NCBI GenBank assembly: GCA_016748015.1
Contig: JAAOMT010000518.1
Coordinates: 62,001-126,000, forward strand
From: Geosiphon pyriformis uo1
Taxonomy: Eukaryota; Fungi; Glomeromycota
Direction: 5' to 3'
Length of the DNA: 64,000 nt
In this document: in pieces, positions 37,601 to 49,230 of the stretch
How positions within the stretch are numbered: the stretch's first letter is position 1
Layout of the letters: each line of letters starts with the position of its first letter
Translations under genes and position numbers: made by a program
The notes under the pieces: generated by a model
Databases searched by the model: none
Seen by the model: the letters and a program-made list of their open reading frames with translations, nothing else
What the model was told of the DNA's origin: nothing

Positions 37601-39335
37601 CACTTGCTCAAAACCCACCACTACTCAACAAATCTTTGAATCCAATGAACAAATCTGTTTAAAGCATGAAATCTCAATCCCAAACATTTATATTCCCAAA
37701 GGAATAAAAAAATTTTGAGTTATATTCTACAACCCCAATAATTACCCTATTGTCTTATTAAATAAATTAGAAATTGGAATCATACACAGCAATATTTTCC
37801 AAGATAAAAACCCTTAAATTGTTTCTAATTTCATCAAAATTATAAGACATACTCTACTTCCAAATCCAAACATCACTCTTATTACTGAAAACTATCATCT
37901 GTTAAAAGAAAAACTCTCTCAAATCAATATGAATCTCTTAGAACCCCAACAACAAAGACAATTGAAACAACTGATAACTGAATTTGCAGATATATTTGCA
38001 AAAGACAACAATAACCTTGGGAAAACTGATATTGTTCAACATCAAATTCACACAGAAAATGCTTCACCAAAATAACAACAAGTCTATCAAGTTCTACCTA
38101 CTAGCCACCAATTTATCAGAGAAGAAGTCCAAAAAATGCTCAATAATGGATTGATTCAACCATCAAGAAGTTCATAGGCCTCACCAGTAGTTCTTGTCAA
38201 AAAGAAAAACAAAAAAATCAGATTTTGTGTTGACTATTGATAATTAAATAGTGTCACAATTGGAAATGCCTACCCTCTTCCAAGAATTGATAACATATTA
38301 GATACTTTAAGAAAAGCCAAGTTCTTTTCAACCTTAGACTTAGAAAGTAGATACTGGCAAGTTGAAATAGACCCAAAAAATTGATCCAAAACAGCATTTA
38401 CCACTTAAAAAAGAAACTATGAGTTCAATATTATGCTTTTTAAACTCTGCAATGCACCAGCAACATTTCAACAACTCATGAATATTGTATATGAAGAACT
38501 TTTGTGACAATCAGTAGTTGTCTATCTGGATGATACTGATGTGTATTCTCCAAGCTTTGAAGCCCATCTTATTCATTTGTAAGAAGTTTTTTAATAATTA
38601 TGGAAAGCAGGATTAAAATTGAACATTGAAAAATGTTACTTTGGAAAAACAAGTTTAATCTTTCTTGAACATATTGTTAGCAAAGATGGAGTCAAACCAA
38701 ATTCTGGAACAATTAGTGCTATTAAAAACTTTCAAATACCCAGAAATACCACAGAGCTATAAGAATTTGTAGGATTAGCCTCCTATTATCGAAAATTCAT
38801 AAAAAAATTCTTAAAAATTGCCAAACCACTCAATTATTTCACCAACAAAAACGTGCCATACCAATGGATTGAAGAACAACAGAAAGTCTTTGACATTCTC
38901 AAAACAAAATTAACAACAGCCCCAGTTCTTGCTTATCAAGATTTCAACAAATGATTTCAACTAGCCACTAATGCCTTACACATAGCTTTTGGTGCCATCT
39001 TATCACAATTAGATAAAAATGGCCAAGAACAAGTTATTGTCTATGCCAGTAGAACACTCAAGCCAACAGAACTCAAATATAGTTCAACCAAATTAGAAGC
39101 TGCTGCAGTCATTTGGGCTATTAAATATTTTCAACAATATCTGAAGAATAGAAAAGAATTTAACATTATAACTGACAATATTAGTCTCAAATGGCTTAAT
39201 AAAAAGAAAACTGAACAAAGTGCCAAACAGTCTTAATGAAATGATTTTTTAGCAGATTACAAATACATTGTACACCACAAACCAGGAAAACTACACACCA
39301 ATGTTGATAGCCTCTTAAGAATAAAACAAGATTAA
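34645..39335 (+). pseudogene. gag-pol: Family A polyprotein continued: Gag/CCHC, protease, Cys-rich domain, dUTPase (~37098-37490), RT, RNase H
   Basis: CHYCEISEH*KQDC; LILNSELAGSII; FCKAC..CLTCG..CNQTC; DTGYDL, GGVIDTEY, KIAQAI, RRTQGFGSIG; VYLDD near 38520; YASR; ends NVDSLLRIKQD*. Confidence 0.9.
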
Positions 39336-39391
39336 CACCACCAACAAATCCATTACAACTTACTACTACTAACAAAAACAACAAAACAACA

Positions 39392-40758
39392 ATAAATTCT
39401 AGAAATTACAACAATATTAAAAACTATTTGAAGACTCTTACCATGGCAGAAAATTGGTTTCCAAGTAAAAAACATCGATTACAACACCAATCCAAACAAT
39501 ATTTTATATACTACAACAAAATTTATTACAAAAATTGCAGAAATCCAAACCAATTACTTAGATTAGTACAAGAAAATGAAAAAAAAACAATCCTATATAA
39601 CATGTACACAGATCTTTTTTTAGCACACTTGGGAAGAGATAGAACAATTCAAAAAACTCTTGAACATTATTTTTGGGCTCATATGCAAAAAAACATTTGA
39701 CAATATGTAGAATCTTGTAATAGTTGTCAAAAAAGAGAAGGAACTCACTCCACAGAACCTTTAAATTCAATTAAAGTTGGACAATCTTTTGACAGAGTTG
39801 GAATTAATTTAGTCGGACCATTACTTATCACAACCCAAGGAAATTGTTATATTGCAGTTGCAGTAGATTATCTCACCAAATGGTCTAAAGCTAGAGCCAT
39901 CCAAAGAGCAGATGCAAAATTAATGGCAAATTTCATCTATGAAGACATTATTTGTAGACATAGATGTCCAATTAAACTCTTATCTAATCAAGGAACACAT
40001 TTTGTAAACAATTTAATACAAGAAATCTGTAAACAATTTAATGTCAAAAAACCTTTATCATCGCCTTATCACTCCTAAACAAATGAACTTGTAGAATGTT
40101 TCAACAGAACATTGTGTGAATCTTTAGCCAAAGTCTCAACAGATTTTGAGCAGGAATAGAATATCTTTATTCCATCAGTGTTACTAGCATACAGAACACT
40201 AAAACAAGATACTATAAAACACATATCATTTGATCTTACTTATGGAAAAACAGCAATATTATCAATTAATTTTACAGTAGAAACATACTCAATGCAACCA
40301 ATCAATGAAAAAAATTTTCAAGAAACATTCCAAAGAAGAGCCTATACTCTTCTTAGCACATTGGAAAGAAAGAGACACATAGCAGCCACTCATATTGAAT
40401 ACTCCCAAGCCTTACAAAAAAAAGACATGACAACAAACTGCCACCAGTTACCAACGAATTTAAGATTGGAAATAAAGTTTTCTTACACAGAACTAAGGCT
40501 AAAAAACAATAAAGTGGAAAATTTGAACATAAATAGAATAGACTATTTTATATTCACAAAGTTCTAGACAATAGATCATACAAGTTAAGACTTGATGACA
40601 AAGTACTAGCAAAAGTTGCACATAGAGATAGATTGAAACACTATTACTTCAGAAACAATTCTGAATCATTAATTCCACAAATTGGTACACATTCCTCTTT
40701 AGTTAATCCTGAAGATATTTCCTGAAATTTAGAACCAATAGTTATAATAAAACAATAA
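39392..40758 (+). pseudogene. Family A integrase, separate ORF (start codon apparently ATG>ATA)
   Basis: LAHLGRDRT..SCNSC; GINLVGP, LSNQGTHF, LVECFNRTL; HRDRLKHY. Confidence 0.85.
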
Positions 40759-40814
40759 TCAAACTTGAATACTTAATTTAACATTTTTATAATAATCTCT
40801 TCTAAATATACAAA

Positions 40815-41584
40815 CATAAAAACAAAAATAGTAAATAATTACAAGAAACACTCGAACCCAAAAACAAATAAAAACTCTATACCCAAAAATAATTTCTTTA
40901 TTAATTAGTCAATTTTTATTATAATTATTTCTCGAAATATTCAACAAATATCCCAAAAATTAATGCTAGCCTTAAAAACACTTCCTGACTTATCTATAAC
41001 GATTAATAAAAGTCAAATTAATTACATTCAGAAAAAAACCACAGTCCTAGTAGTAAATTATTCTCAGAACTACCACTTCTATAGAAAAAAACAAGAAGTC
41101 ACTCTGAAAATAGGTTACCAAAACTTTTGAAGCAAGCACTAAAAGAAAATCTTTTAATTGCCCCTATTAATATTTCATCAAATGCTATAATTCAACAAAA
41201 ACTTCTACTATTTCTTAATGAACATACTCTTATATATAGATATTTTCATATTGGAAAAACACTTTATAAATGAAAACTAGAACTTGAAGCAACTAACATC
41301 ACTCCTAAAGCTATACAAAAACAAATTCACAATAAATTCAAGACAGCAGCTGAATTAACAAACACTTGCTATAAACTTAGAGCAGCATTTAGACTCTATG
41401 ATTTATTCAACACTTGTGAAAATATCTTACAAAATTTAATACTCTATTCAATGAAGATTCAATATATTAGAAAGCTCACAAAACTGAAATTTCAACAATT
41501 TTCAGACCAAATTACTTCAATTATCTTGGACTACTATCTTAACATTACAGATAGTGCTTGGACTTCGATGGAGCTCAGTCTTGA
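40815..41584 (+). pseudogene. Family A ORF3 homologue; start approximate
   Basis: ISRNIQQISQKLMLALKTLPDLSITIN and LRAAFRLYDLFNTCENIL..YIRKLTKLKFQQFSDQITSIILD align with family B ORF3. It ends LDFDGAQS* after a frameshift. Confidence 0.7.
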
Positions 41585-41595
41585 GAAGGAGATTA

Positions 41596-42560
41596 TGTTA
41601 CCAGTAGAATTTTAGCTATTAATTAACATGAAATTACTCTTATAATTCCTATTATTAATTAGCATATATTATTATTATTTTGATTATCACTTATTATTTA
41701 ATCAAATTATCAAATATTATTACTCAATCAATAATCCAATTTGTACTCTAAAAATTAAGATGATCAACAATATCCTAAACCATTTAACATAGTCAAAATT
41801 TGCCGAAATTAATGAAAATTCGCCGAAATAATCAATAAGTTTAGTGAAATAACTTGTAATTTGCTGAAATATATCTTTAGTTCACTCAAATTGTAGCAAA
41901 GAGAAAAGTACAAGTTCAAAGACTAGTACTACAACAAATTGTATAAAAGAAGAGCTTTTCTCTTTAAGAAAATGTATCTTCTCATAGTATCTTACCATAA
42001 CATCCTACTTTAGATATCTTAATTGAAACAAATCATCTTTTACATATTCAAATAAAAATTAAATATTCGAAAACCAAATTTTTAAATTATTACACTTGAA
42101 ATTCTCTCAACACAACTAACATTTTGAAATTAATTAGCTACCAATTTCAATAAACTGTTAGTGACTTCAAGCCTAGATAGAAAACGTTTCCCTTAACACA
42201 ATTCTATTTCTTTTACATTTTTTTATTTTCTTTTACTTTTCTCATCATAATTATTGGAGTAGCCTACAGATGAGATTTCTGTAAAAGAGTTGACTTTTAC
42301 AACAAAATAACTATACATTTTTAGTAAGCTTCCAGACAAGCAATTCCTGGGAAAGAGTTGATGTTTACTACAACATAACTACACAAAGTAACTGGTATGG
42401 AATTGGCCATTCCACTTATAAGCCCAGTAATTCAAATTATAAGAGATAATTTGAAGATAAATTCAGTTACTAGAGGTCCAACTACTTTCTGAAAACGTGA
42501 ATTCACAGCAAATTAACAGTAACAACATTCAAAAAAAGAGACCAAAAACCTCTAGTAATA
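41596..42560 (+). repeat. 3' LTR, family A (965 bp)
   Basis: Follows the PPT GAGAAGGAG; colinear with the 5' LTR. Confidence 0.95.
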
Positions 42561-42564
42561 ATGT

Positions 42565-43140
42565 TTTAAGATTTTGTTAAATTATGTCAAATTGTAAACT
42601 TTCTTGGTAAAACCTTGCTTTTTACTGATTTTTTTGGTGTTGTGTACTTTTTTATTAAAGATATTAGACATTAATATTTATAAAATTTTGTGTAAAAAAT
42701 TTGTTTTTAAGGATTAAATTAGTGAAACTATTTCTAGAATTGAGAATAAAAAAAATACTATGGTCATAATTGCTGATTTTAACTGGCATCTGGTTGATGT
42801 ATATCATAGTAGATTATAGAATTTTAAGTTTAAGTATAAAGTTAATATAGAGAAAAATAGTTTAGCAAAAAATATGAAAATTTTGCCTAAGATATACAAT
42901 AGTCTGTCTGAATTTTTCTTATCTGGAATGATTTATATATTTAGAATTATTGAATTATTTTCTATTAATTTTAGATTATATAAGGCTTGTTTGTTTTTTT
43001 TAAGTTTAAATAATGAGTTGAAAATTAATATAAGTGTGTAGTATGACCTTAATTAGTTTAAATAGCCAATTATATATAGTAAGTACATAATCTATTTTTA
43101 ATTTAATATATTTAGTTTGTTTTTTTATATTAAATAATAA
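42565..43140 (+). mobile_element. LINE 3' end, right part, continuing 22270-22517
   Basis: Decayed LCK.FVFK.W and FG..KACLFF blocks, then a 3' UTR resembling those at 11460-11580 and 15045-15160. Confidence 0.65.
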
Positions 43141-43639
43141 TTAGACTATACTTATAAAATAATAATTTTTATTAAAAAATATAATAATATTTTTTAAAAT
43201 ATATGTTTTATAAATATATATTCTTTTTATATATATATTATAATTAGAATTTTATATTTTATAAAATATTTTCTTTTAATTATTTAAAATTTCTTAAAAA
43301 AATAATTTTTTAAAAAAAGTTTTTTTTGTTTTATGTTTTATTTCATTATATAATTAAACAACTTTAAATTTTTTTTTTTTAAATAGGGTTTTGGTATTTA
43401 ATTTGGTTTGGTTCAAGTTTAATTGAACTACTAAACCAAACTAAATTCAAACAAAAAATTTGGCAAAATTTTAAGTTTAAACTTAAACCAGACTTAAAAT
43501 TACTAAATTTGAACTGAATTTGAATACACACAACAAGTTTGGTTCAAATTTGGTTTGAAGTTTATAAATATGTTCAGATTTAATTATTAAAAATATTATA
43601 TTATACTATATTATTACTTAATTTTTTTTTCAATGAATC

Positions 43640-46100
43640 TGTATTTATGATTAAAGATACTATACTGTTCTTATAATTTTAAGCACTAAGCAAGACTTCA
43701 TATCTATAATCATATTCTCACTTACAAAAAAGATGTATTTAGAAGCAACAAATAATTCTTGAATTACCAAATAATTACAAATTATATATACAAGATAAAA
43801 AAATTATGTTTAATGTGCTTAAATATTGAATTATTAATAAAATGTTAATTTAAATAAATATTTTTTGTAATATATCTTTTATTATGCTATTATATTTATT
43901 TTTTTATTGACCATCTTTTTAGAGATATAACAATCAATTTTGTTAAGTTTTTTTTTCTTATTATTATTAAAATCTGTCTCTAATATAAATTATATAACTA
44001 ATACTATAGTATTATTAAAATTACTATTTAACAAAAAACTGTTATTTAATGTTAGTATAATATTCAGTTTGTATTTTGTTTTAAAGAAAGTATGTATTCT
44101 AAAGATTTATTTATTATGTAAAAGTTGAAAAATAAAACTGTTTAAATAAATTAATAAGTTATAATTCTTTTGATTTATTAATATTATCATTCAAAAAATT
44201 TTTTTTTGTAAAATAATAAAATTTTTTTTTTGAATTCAATGTAATACAGGATATTACAGTTGTATTTGTTTTAAATTAATATTCAATCAACTTTTTTCTT
44301 ATTATCTTAGCTGTTGTAATAAATAAAGAATCTAATATTAAATGTGCTAAATAAATAAATAAATAAATACAATTGAAATTATAATGTTTTACTAGATTTA
44401 TTATCATTAATCATGTTTTTGACATAATTAAGAATAATATTAAAGAGAAAAATAATCAAAAAAGCAGTATTATTTGAACTGGCTAATATTTTAACTATAA
44501 TATCTTTAAATAATTTAAGAAATTTAGTAATTTTATCAAAGACAGCCATTAATTATGTAAAATAACATATTGATAGAAGTCAATATAAGTGCTAATAAGA
44601 ATGTTTAATACCTATAAATTTACAGTTAAAATTTTTGTATTCAAAATATATGAAATTAAAAATAAATAATTTGCTAATTTAAGAAATAACCTATTCTTAA
44701 CCATGTTATAAGTAGAATTCTACTAAATAAAACAATTCAAAATGAGTTTATAGTATTTAATTTAATATGTATTATAGGCACATTCAAGAAGCTTAAAATA
44801 TTGGAATGAAGTATGAATTGCAGAATTAAGTTTTCTAATCTTTAATTTATATAAAGTTTACATTAAGAAAATTTCAGGTAAATATATTCAGTTTGAGTTT
44901 TTAACAAATACTTTAGAAACATTATTTTTTATTTTATTTAGAACTATTTGTATTGCCAATTTTAATATATGATTAAATTATTGAAATTAAAAGTCCTTTA
45001 AGTTTCATTGAATGCTTTTTTTTTCTAATTTTTTCATTAACTTTTTTATAAAAGTATTATTATTTTTAGTATTATCGAGAATAATAACAAAAAGCTGTTG
45101 AAAAAAATTAATGATAAACTCATATAAAAAGAAAGTGAATATAATTTTTTCTTAATCTTTTGGCTGAAAATTTGGCTCAAGACAATGATAAAAACTACTT
45201 AAACTAATATTAAAAAAACACGGTTTTTAATAATATAGACATTATGATAACTCTAAGTCTCAAATGACACTAATACTAAAAATTCAGCTCTAAGATGATA
45301 ATGAAAACTAATTTAAACCAATATTAAAAAAATACAATTTTTAATAATATAAGCACTATAGTAACTCTAAGTCTTAAATAATAAGGCAAAGAAAATGTTT
45401 CTTGAGAAATTAAATTAATATACTATATAATATGTCAATTTTATTATTGGTCATTAACTAATTCAAATTCATGTAAAAATATATGTATGTATTTTTAATG
45501 TAATTCTATAATTATTTAATATTTAAAAATCTGTTTGTAATATTTATTCTATTATGTTATCTATTTATTAATTCAAAATCAATTATTGTTTATTAAAGAT
45601 TCTAATTGTCATTAATATAATAAATAGTAATAGAAAAAAAAACTTTGTTATTAAGAAATGTCCAGAAATTTAATGTAAAAAAAATTTTGAGCTTGATAAT
45701 ACTTAAATATATTTATTATATTATAAATATAAGTAAAAAAAAATTATTTTATAATAAAGATAGTGTTTATTCTTAATTTTTGTCTATCTAAAACATAGAA
45801 TTCTATGACTCTATTCTTAATTGTATTGGCACAAACAAATTAAGAAGTAAGGTTCAAATATTAGAATATTTTGATTAATTTAAGGTTTTTTATTATAAAA
45901 AATAGTTACTGATAATTAATAAGCCAAATAGTAATCATGTTATAAAGTTTTTTATTATCAATGTTAATAGCAATTATTACAGAAAACTAAAGCAATTTTC
46001 TAAGTATATTGGCTAAAAATTATAAAAAAAACAGTAATTTCATTCATTAAAACATTTTTTTAATTAACTTGTAATCTGTCTGGATATTTTGTCTTTTTTT
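43640..46100 (-). pseudogene. hAT transposase relic; 5' limit approximate
   Basis: Minus strand: IILDNTKNN (~45070, =TLDNA.N), NHILKLAIQ (~44965), LILNCFI**NSTYNM (~44720, =DCPTRWNSTY.M), YLVIQELFVASKYIF..SCL (~43730, hATC dimerisation domain). Confidence 0.8.
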
Positions 46101-46220
46101 ATGATATTTTTTCATTGTAATATATACTGTTTAGTAAAAAGTATTTAAATAGTGCCATAAAAATTTGGTAGTGTTCATAGTTTCACAAAAAAATGATTTA
46201 TGTATATATTTTGAGACCAT

Positions 46221-47091
46221 TGTTACAGATGAGTGTTTTTGCTGTTGAATTAAATAACAAACCTGTAACTTGGTGCTCAAAAGCTACTTCCATTAATGAG
46301 GTTCTATAAGTGTTGTATCTGAAGGTTTTGGTAAAGTCCTTGGTATAATGGACAGAGATTTAATAGTTGTTTATCCATAGTTTTTCAGACTCGCAAATCT
46401 GTCAATTTTTTTTTCAGCTTGGTGGCCGGCAATCTTTTGGTAAGTAATCTGTATCTCTTGTACGTGTCCTACCCTCTTGCAGAGGTCTTTTACCAGGCAA
46501 TCCTTGACATCAGTAATTAGCACTTTCAATTAATTAGTTAGTACATAATAACAAAATCACAGAAAATAAAATAAAGAAAGAAAAAAAAAATAAAAGAATA
46601 AAAAAAAATAAGCCAAGATGATTTGCAAGTTAGTATCTCATCAATAGCTATGATCAAGAACTATTGTTCCAGTGTGGTTAAGTATCAATTACTATCAACA
46701 TGAAGTGTTGATAGTGGAGAATGAGTTTGAGATATATAATAATTATTTATTTGATGATTAGAACTGGAATGTTGCTTAGATTAAATCTAAACTGAGAGGT
46801 CTGCCTCTTTTCAGCTTCTAATTTTACTGCTATATATACATAATTGAGATTCCTCAATTCCTCAATTCTTTGCAACAAAAATCCTGGAATTCTTGGAATT
46901 CTGCAATTTTTAGTGAGAAAAATCCTGAAATTCTGAAATCTTGCAATTCCTTGTCAGAGAATCTTGAAATTCCTGGAATCCTGCAATTCCTCTAAGAGGA
47001 ATTCTGGAATTTCACATTTATTATGTTTACCTCTGATTGGCTAATATCTATTGATTAATAATACTATATTTTCTATATTCTATAAGTAACA
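46221..47091 (-). repeat. 3' LTR, family B copy 2 (871 bp)
   Basis: TG..CA termini; PPT AAAAGAAGAGAA adjacent on the minus strand. Confidence 0.95.
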
Positions 47092-47104
47092 TTATTCTCT
47101 TCTT

Positions 47105-47764
47105 TTAATATTGAGCTCTGTCGAAATCCAATTCATTTGATTCTCCTTCTTGAAGTATTTTCTGAATTTTATTGTTGAGAATCACTTGTGTTATTTGAGT
47201 CCGTAATTCTTTAAATTGAGCATTGGTAATTTTTCCCAATTGATTATTGGTAACTGTATCCATGGCTTTATTGAGTAGAATTTCTGGCCGATCCTGAAAT
47301 GCTGTGTGTATTTGATATATAGCTCAAGCTTATGTGAATAAGTTGTTTTTCCCCACAAAATGTTCTAGTTGTCATAGTATTGTTGTGTTGAATAACTGCT
47401 TTGTTTTGTCCATATATAAGTTCTGGATATTTACATGTTGTTCCAAGTAAAAATAACAATAGTTTCTTGGAAATTGTTGTATCCACCAAGTCCAAGTTTT
47501 TCTGATAAATCTTTGGTGTAATCCGACTACTTGTTGTTCTTTTATGGCCAATTTTATCTTGGTCATGATCTTGTTGACCATGTTTTTCAGTCTTTTCTGT
47601 GCTTTGTTTTGTGGTATTTTTGCTGTATTTTTGTAACAAATGGTTTGTCAATTGATGATAATTTCCATCTCTTGGTGTTGGATTAATTGAAAAATTTGTT
47701 GGGCTAGTGAATAGATATTGTCTATAATCTCTATTTTTCTGCTTTTCTCTGTCATGTCAACCAT
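47105..47764 (-). pseudogene. ORF3 of family B copy 2
   Basis: Same 660-nt span as copy 1; WTWWIQQFPRNYCYFYL; ends LDFDRAQY*. Confidence 0.8.
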
Positions 47765-47787
47765 GTTCTTATATATTCTTTTGTCAA

Positions 47788-49169
47788 TCAACTGGACATT
47801 TTGTTGTCAATGATAATGATTGGTTCCAGATCTTGTGGAATCTTCTTTGGTTGGACTAGTATTCTCTGTACTCCCAATTGTGAAATATTACTGATAGATG
47901 CTGATGCTATATAGTGATATGGTTTCAGTCGATCTCTATATGCTGCTTTGGTTAAGATTTTGCTGTCCAATCTTAATTTGTAAGCTCCATTTCCTAGAAT
48001 TTTTTCTATGTGAAATGGTCCGTTCCATTTGGGGTTAAATTTTCTATTCTATTGTTTTTCCGCTTTGGTATGATGTAATAGTACTTTGTCTCCAATCCTG
48101 AATTCAACTGGTTTATCTGGTAGTTGGTTATTGTGTTTTTTTTTTGTTTCTCTTGTGCCTTTTGTATGTTATTAGCTGTTCTTTGTCGTTTGTTTTCTAA
48201 TGTTTCCATTAAGTCATATGTTCTTCTCAACAATGTATTTTTGAAATTCTCTTCTGTTATTGGTTCAGTTGGGTATGTGCTGACTTCTATTTCTACTGAT
48301 AGTGTTGCTGTTCTACCATATACTAATTCAAATGGTGTTGCTTGTGTAGTGTCTTGCTTCATTGTCTGATAAGCAAGTAGTATTGATGGTATTAACAAAT
48401 CCTAATCATTCTGGTTTTCTTGGCTGAGCTTAGCTATTGCTTTACACAATGTTCTATTGAATTTTTCGACTAATCCATTGGTTTGTAGATGATATAGTGA
48501 TAATAATGGTCTTTTAATTCCAAACTTTTGGCTTAGTTCTGCTAATGTTCTATTCACGAAATGGGTTCCTTGGTCTAATAATAGTTTTTTTGGACATCCA
48601 TATTGACAAATCAGATCTTGATGGATGAATTCGGCAATGAATTCTACATCTGCTCTTTGAATTGCTTTTGCTTCTGGCCATTTAGTGAGATAGTCCATGG
48701 CTACTGCTATGTATCTATTTCCTCTGTTGGTAATTGTTAATGGTCTGACTAGATCAATTTCCACATGGTCAAATGGTTGTTCTACTTTGATTGGTTTTAA
48801 CGGTTCACTGGGTTTCGTACCTTCTCTTTGCTGACAAGCATCACAATTTTGAACATATTGGATGATGTCTGAATACATTGATGGCCAATAGTATCTTTTT
48901 TTGGTTCTTTCCATGGTTGTTTCTTTGTAAAAATGTCCTGTTGTTGGATTTGAGTGCATGTTAAATAATATTGTCTTTTTTTTTGGTTCTGTAATTACTC
49001 TGGTTGGTTGATCTGGATCTTTTCTATTTTTCCGATAAAGTATATTTTGGTAAGTGATAAAATATTTTAATTGTTGTTTGATACTCTTTCATTCTATTTG
49101 AGATAAATTTTCTTTGAACTGTTGAGTGTTTATATAATGTCGCAGTTGTTGATATTTTTGTATGTTCAT
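47788..49169 (-). pseudogene. Integrase, separate ORF, family B copy 2
   Basis: ORFs 48402-48959 (HHCC, IDLV, LDQG, NGLVEKFN), 48006-48398 and 47788-47970; ATG at 49169. Confidence 0.9.
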
Positions 49170-49230
49170 CTTTTGTTATATTTTCGTTGGTATTGTTCTG
49201 GTTTTGTTGTATTTTTGTGTTAAAATGTTC

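Larger units (their letters stand above)
22518..42560 (+). mobile_element. Ty3/gypsy LTR retrotransposon, family A (~9.9 kb excluding the nested element)
   Basis: LTRs 22518-23489 and 41596-42560 (TG..CA, right end mutated to TA), PBS, PPT, PR-RT-RH-IN order, and 4-bp TSD ATGC (22514-22517) / ATGT (42561-42564). Confidence 0.95.

Noticed and set aside
46430-46500. U5-like GTCTTTTACCAG and U1-like ACTTACC motifs in LTRs
   Set aside because: Short matches without the rest of the snRNA structure or Sm site; ACTTACC is simply the complement of a donor site.
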